Assembly (NCBI GenBank): GCA_041659765.1
Contig: JBAZXR010000001.1
Location: forward strand, 531,338-595,337
Direction: 5' to 3'
Length of the DNA stretch: 64,000 nucleotides
Source: Patescibacteria group bacterium
GTDB lineage: Bacteria > Patescibacteriota > Patescibacteriia > UBA9934
Part shown: piece after piece, positions 9,762-18,900 of the stretch
How positions within the stretch are numbered: position 1 is the first letter of the stretch
Layout: every line of letters starts with the position of its first letter
The notes under the pieces: generated by a model
What the model was told of the DNA's origin: nothing
Seen by the model: the letters and a program-made list of their open reading frames with translations, nothing else
The model's database searches: none
Program-made: the position numbers and the translations under genes

Positions 9762-10834
9762 ACCTTGAGTACTCCGTTATACGCCTGGAGCAATTGGCGT
9801 GCAATAGCCCCGCTGTCATACCTTTCCATAACACGTACGCGAGCGGCTGAGCCCATGATTACTGCGTCTTCTGGGCGATCGGCGAACTTCTGAAGCTGGT
9901 ACGCCAAATCATCTACGTCACCAGGTTTGGCGAGGTAGCCCGTACGGCCTTTTTCGACGAGTGTCCTGACGCCAGGAAGGTCGCTGACAACCGAAGGCAG
10001 GCCTGAAGCAGCGGCCTCGAGGGTGACGAGACCGAAGGCTTCCCCGCCGTTAATGCTCGGCAGTACGTGCACATCTGCAGAGCGATAGACGTTCGGCAGT
10101 TCTGTGTCTGACACGCGACCGAGAAATTTCACGCGGTCGGCGATCATCAAGTCAGAGGCGAGGCGCTCGTAGAATGCCTTGAGGTCGCCATCGCCGGCAA
10201 TCACGAGTCGGGCACTCGGCGCAAGTTTAGCGAAGGCACGCAGAAGAATATCCACGCCTTTGAAGTCGTGCGCTTTGTCGAGGCCGCCGACGAAGAGGTA
10301 GACCACCGACTTCCCCGTAGCCCCCTCTTTGAAAGAGGGGGAACACGCCACACCCGGCGCGAAGCGCGTGCTGTCCACGCCGAAAGGCATTTCGGTCAGG
10401 CCGTCGTGAGAGAGACCGGAGGCTTCTGCGTACTCAAGCGAGCTCACGAAAATCTTTTTGGCGATGAGAAAAATAAATGGTTCGATGAACCAACGATGCA
10501 AGGTAAAAATAACGTTGCGCCAATCCTTTGTCACGGCCTTCATGTGATACGTGAGTACAAGAGGCGTTTTGTGAATTATCGACGCGAGCACAGCAAACAC
10601 GTCCATGCCGTAACACGGATAGTGAACGTGGATCACGTCGAAGCCTTTCAGCTTCATGACAAGTGACGGCATCAACGCTGCGTTGCCGTACGCAAAGAGT
10701 GACTTGGTCGTGCTCGGCTCAAAAACGACCACATCATGGCCAAGGGCTTTAAGAGCGTTGGTCTGGGCTTCGGCAACATGTCCAATACCCCCCTTATAAG
10801 GAGGGAAAACTGCGGAAACGACAGCAATTCGCAT
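9758..10834 (-). CDS. Glycosyltransferase family 4
   Basis: FPP.KGGI and EAFGLVTLEA motifs; start moved to MRIAVV. Confidence 0.9.
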   Translation of the reverse strand: MRIAVVSAVFPPYKGGIGHVAEAQTNALKALGHDVVVFEPSTTKSLFAYGNAALMPSLVMKLKGFDVIHVHYPCYGMDVFAVLASIIHKTPLVLTYHMKAVTKDWRNVIFTLHRWFIEPFIFLIAKKIFVSSLEYAEASGLSHDGLTEMPFGVDSTRFAPGVACSPSFKEGATGKSVVYLFVGGLDKAHDFKGVDILLRAFAKLAPSARLVIAGDGDLKAFYERLASDLMIADRVKFLGRVSDTELPNVYRSADVHVLPSINGGEAFGLVTLEAAASGLPSVVSDLPGVRTLVEKGRTGYLAKPGDVDDLAYQLQKFADRPEDAVIMGSAARVRVMERYDSGAIARQLLQAYNGVLKV

Positions 10835-10841
10835 AGATGCC

Positions 10842-11177
10842 CTATTCGTTGGGCTTTTTGACGTTCTCAATGGCTACCGCCCGCACAAGCGATGTCATCT
10901 CCGCGGACAGCTTCTGCTGGGCAATCATGAGCCGATACACGGTGAACGTAAGGACCACAATGGCAGAGTAGACAATGACGTCTGCGCCGCGGCCGATGCC
11001 AACAAAGTTAGCAACAATGTTCGCTAAGTTCGGCACGAGCGCGACCGCGATAACGACGATCCACAAAAGCGTGAAGGCGATGGCCCAATATTTGGAAGCT
11101 TCTTTTTTGGAATACTGCTTCCACGTTTTATAAATGGCGTACGCAGCGAATGAAACAAGGATGATTTGGAAAATCAT
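10842..11177 (-). CDS. DUF2304 family membrane protein
   Basis: GIGRGAD motif, 3 TMs, directly after a GT2. Confidence 0.85.
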   Translation of the reverse strand: MIFQIILVSFAAYAIYKTWKQYSKKEASKYWAIAFTLLWIVVIAVALVPNLANIVANFVGIGRGADVIVYSAIVVLTFTVYRLMIAQQKLSAEMTSLVRAVAIENVKKPNE

Positions 11178-11178
11178 A

Positions 11179-11856
11179 TTAGCCAACAAGTTTCTTTTTC
11201 AAAATATCGGTAGCCGTAGCCATTGCTTTTAGCGTTGATTGTCCCTTCTGCAACGTCTCCTCGCTGTAGCGAATGGTCACGGGACGCTCGACGTACTTTA
11301 AACGCTTGTTCACAATAATGTCGAGAATCTCTGAAGCATGCGCCATGCGGTCGAGTGAAATACGAACCGACAAACCGGCGTTCCTCGAGAAAGCTCGAAA
11401 GCCGTTATGAGTATCGGTCACTTTAATGCCAGAAAGTCCGCGCGTAAACAGAACTCCAAGCAGGATCATCGCTCGGCGAAGTCCTGGCATATTCTCCGCT
11501 TCGCGCCCAAGAAAACGAGAGCCGAGCACCACGTCAGCCTCGCCCTTCATGATTGGTTCGAGCATCAGCGGAATCTCACCTCCCCGCATCTGCCCATCAG
11601 CGTCAAAATGCACAATCGCCTCCGCGCCAAGAACGTTAAGCGCGTAGTCCATGCCAGTTTGGAGCGACGCCCCCTGGCCGCGGTTTAATATATGCGTCAG
11701 CACATGCGCACCGGCTTTACTAGCAACCTCGCCGGTCTTGTCTCGACTCCCGTCATCGACAACTACCGCGAATGGCACGTACGCCAAAGCATCGCGAACT
11801 GCGTCTGCAATCCGCGCTTCTTCGTTATAGCCAGCAATAACCGCCACCACGCGCAT
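11179..11856 (-). CDS. GT2 polyprenol-phosphate glycosyltransferase (DPM1-like)
   Basis: YNEE, VDDGS.D, NRGQG, DADGQ and DT..GFR motifs. Confidence 0.9.
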   Translation of the reverse strand: MRVVAVIAGYNEEARIADAVRDALAYVPFAVVVDDGSRDKTGEVASKAGAHVLTHILNRGQGASLQTGMDYALNVLGAEAIVHFDADGQMRGGEIPLMLEPIMKGEADVVLGSRFLGREAENMPGLRRAMILLGVLFTRGLSGIKVTDTHNGFRAFSRNAGLSVRISLDRMAHASEILDIIVNKRLKYVERPVTIRYSEETLQKGQSTLKAMATATDILKKKLVG

Positions 11857-11868
11857 AGATGGGGTTAT

Positions 11869-12888
11869 CTAACCTATATTTCCACCATTCGTCAAAAGAA
11901 CCTTATTAGCACGAACGTAATCTATTGCTTTCTTAAGTCCGTCCTCAGTCCTAACGAGCGGAATCCAACCAAGCTTTTCACGAGCTTTATTCAAGGATGG
12001 GAGACCAAGCGGCACCATGTGGGCTGCCTGAGCCTCATAACTAATCGCCACTTCCTCACTTTCCGTCAGCGTCATGATCTGTTTGGCGATATCTGAAATT
12101 TTCACCTCAACATCGCTGCCAAGATTTACGGGACCAATCCCCTTCTCCGCCCGCATCAGACGCGTCAAACCGTCTACCACATCTGTGACATAGGCCAGTG
12201 TTGTCGTTGAGTTCTCATCGCCCATGATTACAATTGGCTGTCCGTCAAGCACATTTAAAATAAAATCTGGAATCTGGTGGCCCTGGAACAACGGCATGCG
12301 CGGACCGAAGGTCCTAAAGATACGGGCAATCTTGCAATCCAATCCGTAAACATCCGCATAAGTGGTGAACATGGTTTCTGCGAAGCGTTTGCCTTCGTTA
12401 AAGCAGGCACGGGGGTTCAAATGATCTAGCACGCCGAGCTCTGACTCATCAATCCCTGCTTTTATGCTCGCATCACGGGCGCCATAAACTGTAGCCGAGG
12501 AAGTTAAAAGGGCACGCGACTTATATTTAACCGCCAAATCAAGAACATTTTTAGTACCCAATGAATTAGTGAGCAAAGCCGGCATCCGATACTTTTCAAA
12601 ACCTTTTACGGCTGTGGGCAGGGCCAAATGATAAATTTCCTGGACACCGAGAAATTTTACTTTAAATGGTTCGAGCTCCGGAAAGGTCTCAAGGTCGAAC
12701 GGAACGGAAATGTCGAGCTTCAAAAACTGGAAGTCGGGATTGCGCAAAAGCGATTCAATATTGCGAACATGCCCCGTAGAAAAGTCATCGACGCAGATGA
12801 CGTGATTCCCTTCTTTGAGAAGCACGTCGCACAAAAACGATCCAATAAATCCTGCGCCTCCCGTAACCAAGACATTTTTTTTATCCAT
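11869..12888 (-). CDS. UDP-glucuronate decarboxylase-like SDR with an altered catalytic motif
   Basis: GGAGFIG; RACFNEGKR where the family has RxCYDEGKR. Confidence 0.8.
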   Translation of the reverse strand: MDKKNVLVTGGAGFIGSFLCDVLLKEGNHVICVDDFSTGHVRNIESLLRNPDFQFLKLDISVPFDLETFPELEPFKVKFLGVQEIYHLALPTAVKGFEKYRMPALLTNSLGTKNVLDLAVKYKSRALLTSSATVYGARDASIKAGIDESELGVLDHLNPRACFNEGKRFAETMFTTYADVYGLDCKIARIFRTFGPRMPLFQGHQIPDFILNVLDGQPIVIMGDENSTTTLAYVTDVVDGLTRLMRAEKGIGPVNLGSDVEVKISDIAKQIMTLTESEEVAISYEAQAAHMVPLGLPSLNKAREKLGWIPLVRTEDGLKKAIDYVRANKVLLTNGGNIG

Positions 12889-12897
12889 ATTATTTAT

Positions 12898-14979
12898 TTA
12901 CCAAGCTCCAAGTGAAGTGCCCAAAGAGCCGATAAGTTTAGAGCCAAGTGTGCCCATTATATTCCCATGCGAAGTAAAAACCTGTACTTCACCGGCGCCA
13001 TGTTCTGGGGCCACCACAATATCCTCTTTACCGTCTACATCTATGTCTGAAACGGCTACCACCGCGCCGGTTTTAGAAGATTGATCACCCACCCAGAACT
13101 GTCCCCATACCGCACCAATCTTGTTAAAGATGCGGATATTGGAGGCCCCTGGCGCACGCGGGGCGGTCACAATCTCGTCTCGATCGTCGCCGTCAAAGTC
13201 GCCGGACGACAGTGAGATGCCATAAGTCATGGTTGGCGCATATGCCAAGAAATCCACCAAAGCTTTTCCATCATTATCATACACGGCTACACGGGGGATT
13301 CCAGACAAGGCGCCAAACACCATTTCTTGATCATAGTCCTCATCAATGTCAGCCACCGTGGCGGTGAGCGGAGTGTCGGCGGCGAACCCGACCACCGGAA
13401 ACCGGAATTTCTCTACACCATCTTGGCCGAACACCACAGCATCAGTGCTGACTCCGGCCCCAACCACGGCTACAATGTCATCCGAAAAATCCCCGTCCAC
13501 ATCACCCAGGGCCACAGAGACTCCTTGTCTTGTTTTCTCATCAAAAGCAAAGAACGAACGAATGAGTGCGCCAGTAGCGGTGAAAATTCGTATCTGTGGA
13601 CCGCCGCCTTTTCCAGCCGAAGCAATAACCTCAGGAACACCATCGCCCGTCAGATCAGCCAGGCCCACCCGAACACCGCCCAGAAAAGTTGGCGCAAAAA
13701 CATAGAACTCTGCATATGGCGTACCGTCAGCCTTATATACTCTGACGTTCGGCGGCTCGCCAGGCGCTGCGCCGAGGGCAATAAACGAATATGCCGAATC
13801 TCCAGTCAAACCGCCACTACTCGCCGCTGGCGGCTTAGTGGTTGAAGGAATTGGCGCAACTGGGAGTGGTCCGGCCGGGGCGGTGCCCGCCAATGATTGA
13901 GCCACGGATAGCGCGCGAGCGATATTCAATCGGCCGACGCCTAGCGAACCCGGACCAGATAAGGTCACTTTCACCGGGTCAACCGACAGCTTGATGGCAG
14001 TCCTGACTTGATCAACCGTCAGCGTTGGGAAAGCTGAAAGCATCAAGGCGGCGGCTCCGGCCACCATTGGGCTAGCGGCGGACGTGCCATCCCAAGAAAG
14101 CTGGGTACCAAATAATCCAGTGTCTCCGTCACTCAAAGTTAAACCCTGAATATTCGTGCCGGGCGCGCTTAAATCCGCACAGGCGTTTCCAAAATTAGTG
14201 AATTCAGTTTCAGAATCACTCTCGTCAGTAGCGGCCACGCCGATCACCCAATCCTCCGTTTCTGATCTGAAACAGGCCGGGTAGACCGGCGAGCTGTTCA
14301 CATCCCTTCCATCATTCCCGAGCGCGGCCGTAATGGTCACCCCGGCATGATAAGCATCAATCACCGCCTGCCGCAAAGCCGAACCAGACACGTCCCCCAC
14401 AAAACTGAGATTAATTACTTTCGCCCCATTTTTCACCGCGTAACGAATAGCGCTGGTCGCCTCCTCTTCTCCCCCGCCGCCTTGTTCATCTAAAATTCTG
14501 AGCGGCATGATACGAACGTGCCAATTAATTCCCGCGTAACCAATACTATTATTCGTGGCTGCTCCAATAATGCCGGAGATCAGAGTTCCGTGCGATGTAG
14601 CAAGCGCTGAAGAATTCGCGTCCGGAATAGTCCCCTTGGGAACCGGAGAATTGTCATGATCCACAAAATCCCAACCTTCGACATCATCAACATATCCGTT
14701 CCGATCATCATCCAGGCCATTGCCCGGAATCTCATTAGTGTTCTTCCAAAGATTGTGGACTAAATCTGGATGATCAAGATCCACCCCAGTATCAAGAACG
14801 GCCACGATCACCGAGCCATCACCGACCGACGTATCCCAAGCGGCCTCAACATTAATCAGGCGCAAGTACCACTGCTCAGCAAGATATGGATCGTTCGGGG
14901 TTTTTGCCAAGACGCACAAAGGCGGGGTTAATAACCCCGCCATCACAAAACAGATCGCGACGTTCCCAAGAAAGCGCAT
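12898..14979 (-). CDS. Secreted S8 subtilisin-like peptidase with C-terminal FG-GAP-like repeats
   Basis: DTGVD / HGT / GTS triad; GDxDGD repeats. Confidence 0.9.
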   Translation of the reverse strand: MRFLGNVAICFVMAGLLTPPLCVLAKTPNDPYLAEQWYLRLINVEAAWDTSVGDGSVIVAVLDTGVDLDHPDLVHNLWKNTNEIPGNGLDDDRNGYVDDVEGWDFVDHDNSPVPKGTIPDANSSALATSHGTLISGIIGAATNNSIGYAGINWHVRIMPLRILDEQGGGGEEEATSAIRYAVKNGAKVINLSFVGDVSGSALRQAVIDAYHAGVTITAALGNDGRDVNSSPVYPACFRSETEDWVIGVAATDESDSETEFTNFGNACADLSAPGTNIQGLTLSDGDTGLFGTQLSWDGTSAASPMVAGAAALMLSAFPTLTVDQVRTAIKLSVDPVKVTLSGPGSLGVGRLNIARALSVAQSLAGTAPAGPLPVAPIPSTTKPPAASSGGLTGDSAYSFIALGAAPGEPPNVRVYKADGTPYAEFYVFAPTFLGGVRVGLADLTGDGVPEVIASAGKGGGPQIRIFTATGALIRSFFAFDEKTRQGVSVALGDVDGDFSDDIVAVVGAGVSTDAVVFGQDGVEKFRFPVVGFAADTPLTATVADIDEDYDQEMVFGALSGIPRVAVYDNDGKALVDFLAYAPTMTYGISLSSGDFDGDDRDEIVTAPRAPGASNIRIFNKIGAVWGQFWVGDQSSKTGAVVAVSDIDVDGKEDIVVAPEHGAGEVQVFTSHGNIMGTLGSKLIGSLGTSLGAW

Positions 14980-15000
14980 ATGCGCACAGTATACCCGAAC

Positions 15001-15702
15001 CTACTTCACAATACATGTCGTTTTCAGGGCCTGGAGTTCATCCGCAATACTTTGGTTCTTGGGCGAAAGAGTTTTGGCTACAGAAAAATGGTCAATAGCG
15101 CGTTGGCAATCTCCAGCGTTCTGATACCACCGACCAAGCTGCACCATGTTCCAGGAAGTCTGCCCGCGCTTGGCCACGTAAACTTCTAAAAGTTTTTTCA
15201 CCGAATCCTGGTCAGCCGGGAAATGCACCTCCAAGAGCTCGACTAAATTAATATAAAAACTTTCTGGTCCCTGGCCAGCACTGAGTTCTATAGCGTGCTC
15301 AAAGGCTTTTCTGGCACCAGAATAATCACCCATCTTGGCCAGTACGTTGCCGTAAGAATTGGTTGCCGCGTAGTTAAGCGGATTGCCTTTTAGTTCGGCT
15401 TCATATGCTTCACGAGAAGTGATCAGGTCGCCAAGAACCAAGGCATAGTTACCCACCGCATCATATCTATTCAAATTCACCTCTCCGCCATCAGCCTGAT
15501 CAGCCGCTAAAGCTGCCTGCGCGGTCCTCAATTGATTCTCAACATACGCCCGCGTAGCTGGATCCATATCAACCTGAACATAAGTGGTCAGTCCGCGATA
15601 TTTAGCCGACGGTCCAACCAAGAGGAAAACTCCATACCCTAAAGACAGGAGAAGAACGAGAGAAACGGCACCAATAATATAGTGTGTGCGAGTCAAAGCC
15701 AT
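15001..15702 (-). CDS. Membrane-anchored TPR protein
   Basis: N-terminal TM; TPR-like helices (GDYSGARKAFEHAIEL). Confidence 0.75.
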   Translation of the reverse strand: MALTRTHYIIGAVSLVLLLSLGYGVFLLVGPSAKYRGLTTYVQVDMDPATRAYVENQLRTAQAALAADQADGGEVNLNRYDAVGNYALVLGDLITSREAYEAELKGNPLNYAATNSYGNVLAKMGDYSGARKAFEHAIELSAGQGPESFYINLVELLEVHFPADQDSVKKLLEVYVAKRGQTSWNMVQLGRWYQNAGDCQRAIDHFSVAKTLSPKNQSIADELQALKTTCIVK

Positions 15703-15730
15703 ATGGGCGAAAGTATAGAAAAACCTGGTA

Positions 15731-15795
15731 AAAAGAGCAACCCCGCGTTTCATCCCTGTACCCTCAAGCGAGAGGGAGGATAAAACACGGGGTCA
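15731..15795 (-). terminator. Long bulged stem-loop with T-tract after the Cys/Asp-repeat gene
   Basis: CCCCGTGTTTTATCC..CCCTC/GAGGG..GGGATGAAACGCGGGG then TCTTTTT on the minus strand. Confidence 0.6.
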
Positions 15796-15803
15796 CGATG
15801 GTC

Positions 15804-18710
15804 TCACTGTACGGTAGCTGCCCCGATCCACGCTTCGGTGAACCCGACCAGGTCAGTGGCCGTGACGCCACCGGCGCAGAGGACGAACCCTTCGGTCGTA
15901 TTCCCAGCGGTCAGCCAGGTCACCACCTGCCGATCCGTACCGGCAAGCACGGTCGACGTCGAGTAGAGCTCTGTAGCGGCCACATGATCAACCACGTAGT
16001 CAGACAACCGATACACTCGGAGGATCTGTCCGTTGGTCGACGACTGGTTAGCGTAGTCGAACGTCATGGCGTACTTGTTCCCTACGCCCGCGGTAAAGGT
16101 GTACGCACGACACTCGTCCGCAATACCGGCCGCACCACCAGTGTTGTCAAAGTACGCAGCGTTCCGCGTACTCCCGAGCGTGGTGGTGAAAGCGAGCGGT
16201 CCAGTAGGTCCCCAAGTGGAGGGTCGACCGAGCGTGTACGAGTACGTCGTCCAACTTGAGAGCGCCCCGCACCCCATCGTCACGTCACACGAGTTGCCAA
16301 TGAGGTTCGGTCCCGTGAACCGAGCGACGAGCGCGCTGCCGGAAACTGCAAAGGTGGTCACTCCGTCCGTGTGGGCAAAGGTACCGTCACAGTTGTCATC
16401 AGACGCCGTCTTGGACGACTCCGCCACGCCCGGGTGGACGAACGGCGCACGGTCGTCACAGTCACCGGCGGCCGAAGCGTAGCCAACGGGCGCACTGCAC
16501 GCTTGCTTGGTTGGCGCAGATGTTCCGTACCCATCAGCGTCAAGGTCCTGGAAGAATGTCGGCATAACGCCTTCGTCAATCCCGGACCCGCAGTTGTTGT
16601 CTACCCCGTCGCAGACCTCTACGGCCCCGGGGTTCACGAACTTGTCAGTGTCATTGCAGTCCGTCGAGACGCTGGCGAACCCGGCCGGAGCCGAGCAAGC
16701 AGCAATAGTCGACGTCGGAATTCCGTACGCGTCTCCGTCACCATCCTGGTAGTAGGTGTTCTTCACGCCTTCGTCAACTGCAGTATCGCAGTCATCGTCG
16801 GCCCCGTTGCACGCCTCAGCGGCCACGGGATTGATCAGGCTCTTCGTGTCGTCGCAGTCCGTGCTGTTGGCTGCGAAGCCGACGGGCAGGCTGCAGGCGA
16901 GCGTGGTGACGAGCACGTTGCCGTACTGATCACCGTCTGTATCCGCGAAGTAAGTGTTCTTCACGCCTTCGTCAATTCCGCCTTCGCAGTCGTCGTCCAC
17001 CCCGTTACAGACTTCCGTCTTCCCGGGATTTACGCCGCTCTTGGCGTCATCGCAGTCAGTCGCGTTGAGCACATAACCCGCGGGCGGGCTGCACTGACTG
17101 ACGGATTTGGAGCTGTCCCCATAACCGTCATTGTCACTGTCCCGATAGTACGTGGCACTGCCAGTGGCGCCGTTATCCACGGAGCCGTCGCAGTTGTCGT
17201 CCTTACCGTTGCAGACTTCCGTTCCGGCAGGGCTGACGAGCGCAGTTGCGTCATCGCAGTCCGTGGAGGCGGCTACATACCCGGCCGGAGCCGAGCACGC
17301 TTTGGTCGAGGTGACTCCCCCGTACCCATCTTTGTCGCCATCCAAGTACCACGTCTTTGCGTCAGCAGCGTTGTCGTCGATCTTGCCATCGCAGTTATCG
17401 TCGAGACTGTTGCACACCTCCGTGGCGCTCGGGTTCACAGACTTGCTCGCGTCGTTGCAGTCGCTCTCATTGGCCACGTACCCGGCGGGCGGCGTGCAGG
17501 CTTCCGTAGAAGTCCCGCCGCCAAACCCGTCACCGTCCGTGTCCTTGTAGAACGTCAGCAAGACGCCTTGATCGATGACGCCGTCACAGTCGTCATCACG
17601 GTCGTTGCAGACTTCGCTCTCGTCCGGGTTAACGGCCGGACGGGCGTCATCGCAATCACCGTTCACGAGCGTGTACCCGGCCGGAGCCGAGCACGCCTGT
17701 TTGAACACGTCAGAACCGTAGTTGTCCTTGTCCGTGTCCTGGTAGAACGCGATGAGCGTCCCTTCGTCGATCCCATCCGCGCAGTTGTTGTCCACCCCAT
17801 CGCACACCTCTGTGGCGGCAGGGTTGACCTCAAACGCAGAGTCGTCGCACTCGAGACAAGCAAAGAAGCCGTCTCCGTCACCGTCCTCTGCGCCGTAAAA
17901 GCCGTCGCAGTTGAGGTCCTCCGGGTCCGTGCAACTCTCGGCCGCACCCGGATAGACTGCGGCATTCCCGTCATCACAATCCTTACTCTGGGCTGCGTAC
18001 CCTTCCGGCATCTCACAGGCCAGAATCTGACCAGACTTGCTGTTCGTACCAACTCCGTCCTGGTCAGCGTCCTTGTAGAACTTGTCCTGACCGATCACGG
18101 AAGCGTCTTCGTCGTCCACGAGCAAGTCGCAGTCGTTATCAATGAGGTCGCAGACCTCCTGTGCGACCGGATTGACGGTGGGGTTGTTGTCATCGCAGTC
18201 AACAAAGCCATCGAACCCGTCTTCGTCATCGTCTTTGATCTCCACCTCCGTCGTCTTGCCGTCGCAGTTCCGGTCGACACCGTCGCCAGGAAAGTCAGGA
18301 ATACTCGGGTTGATGTCAGGATCCGTGTCATCGCAGTCATCGGCGTTGTACACGAGTCCCTCAACTCCGTAGACCTCACAGCCCCAGAGCTCGGCACTGC
18401 CGTCTCCAAAACCATCACTATCTTTGTCCGCGTAGCGCGGCAAACGCTGATCGCTGCCCGCGTCTCCCTCCTCGCAGTCATTATCAATCCCGTCACACGG
18501 AATTTCCTCGACTGCCGGGAGGTCATTCTCCTCATCGGTATCACCATCCCAAACGTTCGGGTGAACCAACGCGTCATTGTCGTCGCAGTCATCAATTTCC
18601 ACGAAGAATCCATCGCCGTCCGCATCAACTAGCGGAATGTGATCCGGCAGGATCAACGCGCAACCAGAGAACATGAACGAAGCCATAACCAAACAGTTGC
18701 TGTAACGCAT
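15804..18710 (-). CDS. Exported protein with tandem Cys/Asp-rich putative metal-binding (MopE-like) repeats
   Basis: Repeated DxDGDGYG..DCDD....P...E.C.G.DDNC; lipobox-like FSGC. Confidence 0.85.
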   Translation of the reverse strand: MRYSNCLVMASFMFSGCALILPDHIPLVDADGDGFFVEIDDCDDNDALVHPNVWDGDTDEENDLPAVEEIPCDGIDNDCEEGDAGSDQRLPRYADKDSDGFGDGSAELWGCEVYGVEGLVYNADDCDDTDPDINPSIPDFPGDGVDRNCDGKTTEVEIKDDDEDGFDGFVDCDDNNPTVNPVAQEVCDLIDNDCDLLVDDEDASVIGQDKFYKDADQDGVGTNSKSGQILACEMPEGYAAQSKDCDDGNAAVYPGAAESCTDPEDLNCDGFYGAEDGDGDGFFACLECDDSAFEVNPAATEVCDGVDNNCADGIDEGTLIAFYQDTDKDNYGSDVFKQACSAPAGYTLVNGDCDDARPAVNPDESEVCNDRDDDCDGVIDQGVLLTFYKDTDGDGFGGGTSTEACTPPAGYVANESDCNDASKSVNPSATEVCNSLDDNCDGKIDDNAADAKTWYLDGDKDGYGGVTSTKACSAPAGYVAASTDCDDATALVSPAGTEVCNGKDDNCDGSVDNGATGSATYYRDSDNDGYGDSSKSVSQCSPPAGYVLNATDCDDAKSGVNPGKTEVCNGVDDDCEGGIDEGVKNTYFADTDGDQYGNVLVTTLACSLPVGFAANSTDCDDTKSLINPVAAEACNGADDDCDTAVDEGVKNTYYQDGDGDAYGIPTSTIAACSAPAGFASVSTDCNDTDKFVNPGAVEVCDGVDNNCGSGIDEGVMPTFFQDLDADGYGTSAPTKQACSAPVGYASAAGDCDDRAPFVHPGVAESSKTASDDNCDGTFAHTDGVTTFAVSGSALVARFTGPNLIGNSCDVTMGCGALSSWTTYSYTLGRPSTWGPTGPLAFTTTLGSTRNAAYFDNTGGAAGIADECRAYTFTAGVGNKYAMTFDYANQSSTNGQILRVYRLSDYVVDHVAATELYSTSTVLAGTDRQVVTWLTAGNTTEGFVLCAGGVTATDLVGFTEAWIGAATVQ

Positions 18711-18759
18711 TGAAGCACCCCTAAAAGCTGTGGCTTGATAGCCGTTTTCGTAACTCAAG

Positions 18760-18796
18760 GCCAAATAAAAATAGCAAAAAAATGCTGTTTTGTCAA
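18760..18796 (-). promoter_or_regulatory. sigma70-type promoter
   Basis: TTGACA-N17-TATTTT upstream of the 18710 start. Confidence 0.5.
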
Positions 18797-18827
18797 GTAT
18801 TTTACCTAATGTTAGCGAAGAAAAACC

Positions 18828-18862
18828 AAAATCCCCCTCAGCTTTCGCTTTGGGGGATTTTG
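18828..18862. terminator. Intrinsic terminator after the surface-protein gene
   Basis: AAAATCCCCC...GGGGGATTTT. Confidence 0.7.
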
Positions 18863-18900
18863 CTGTCTTAAACCTTTTGGCTTAGGACGTCACACTAGTC

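Noticed and set aside
16371-18632. 753-aa plus-strand ORF
   Set aside because: Antisense shadow of the GC-rich repeat gene; Val/Arg-rich with no motifs.
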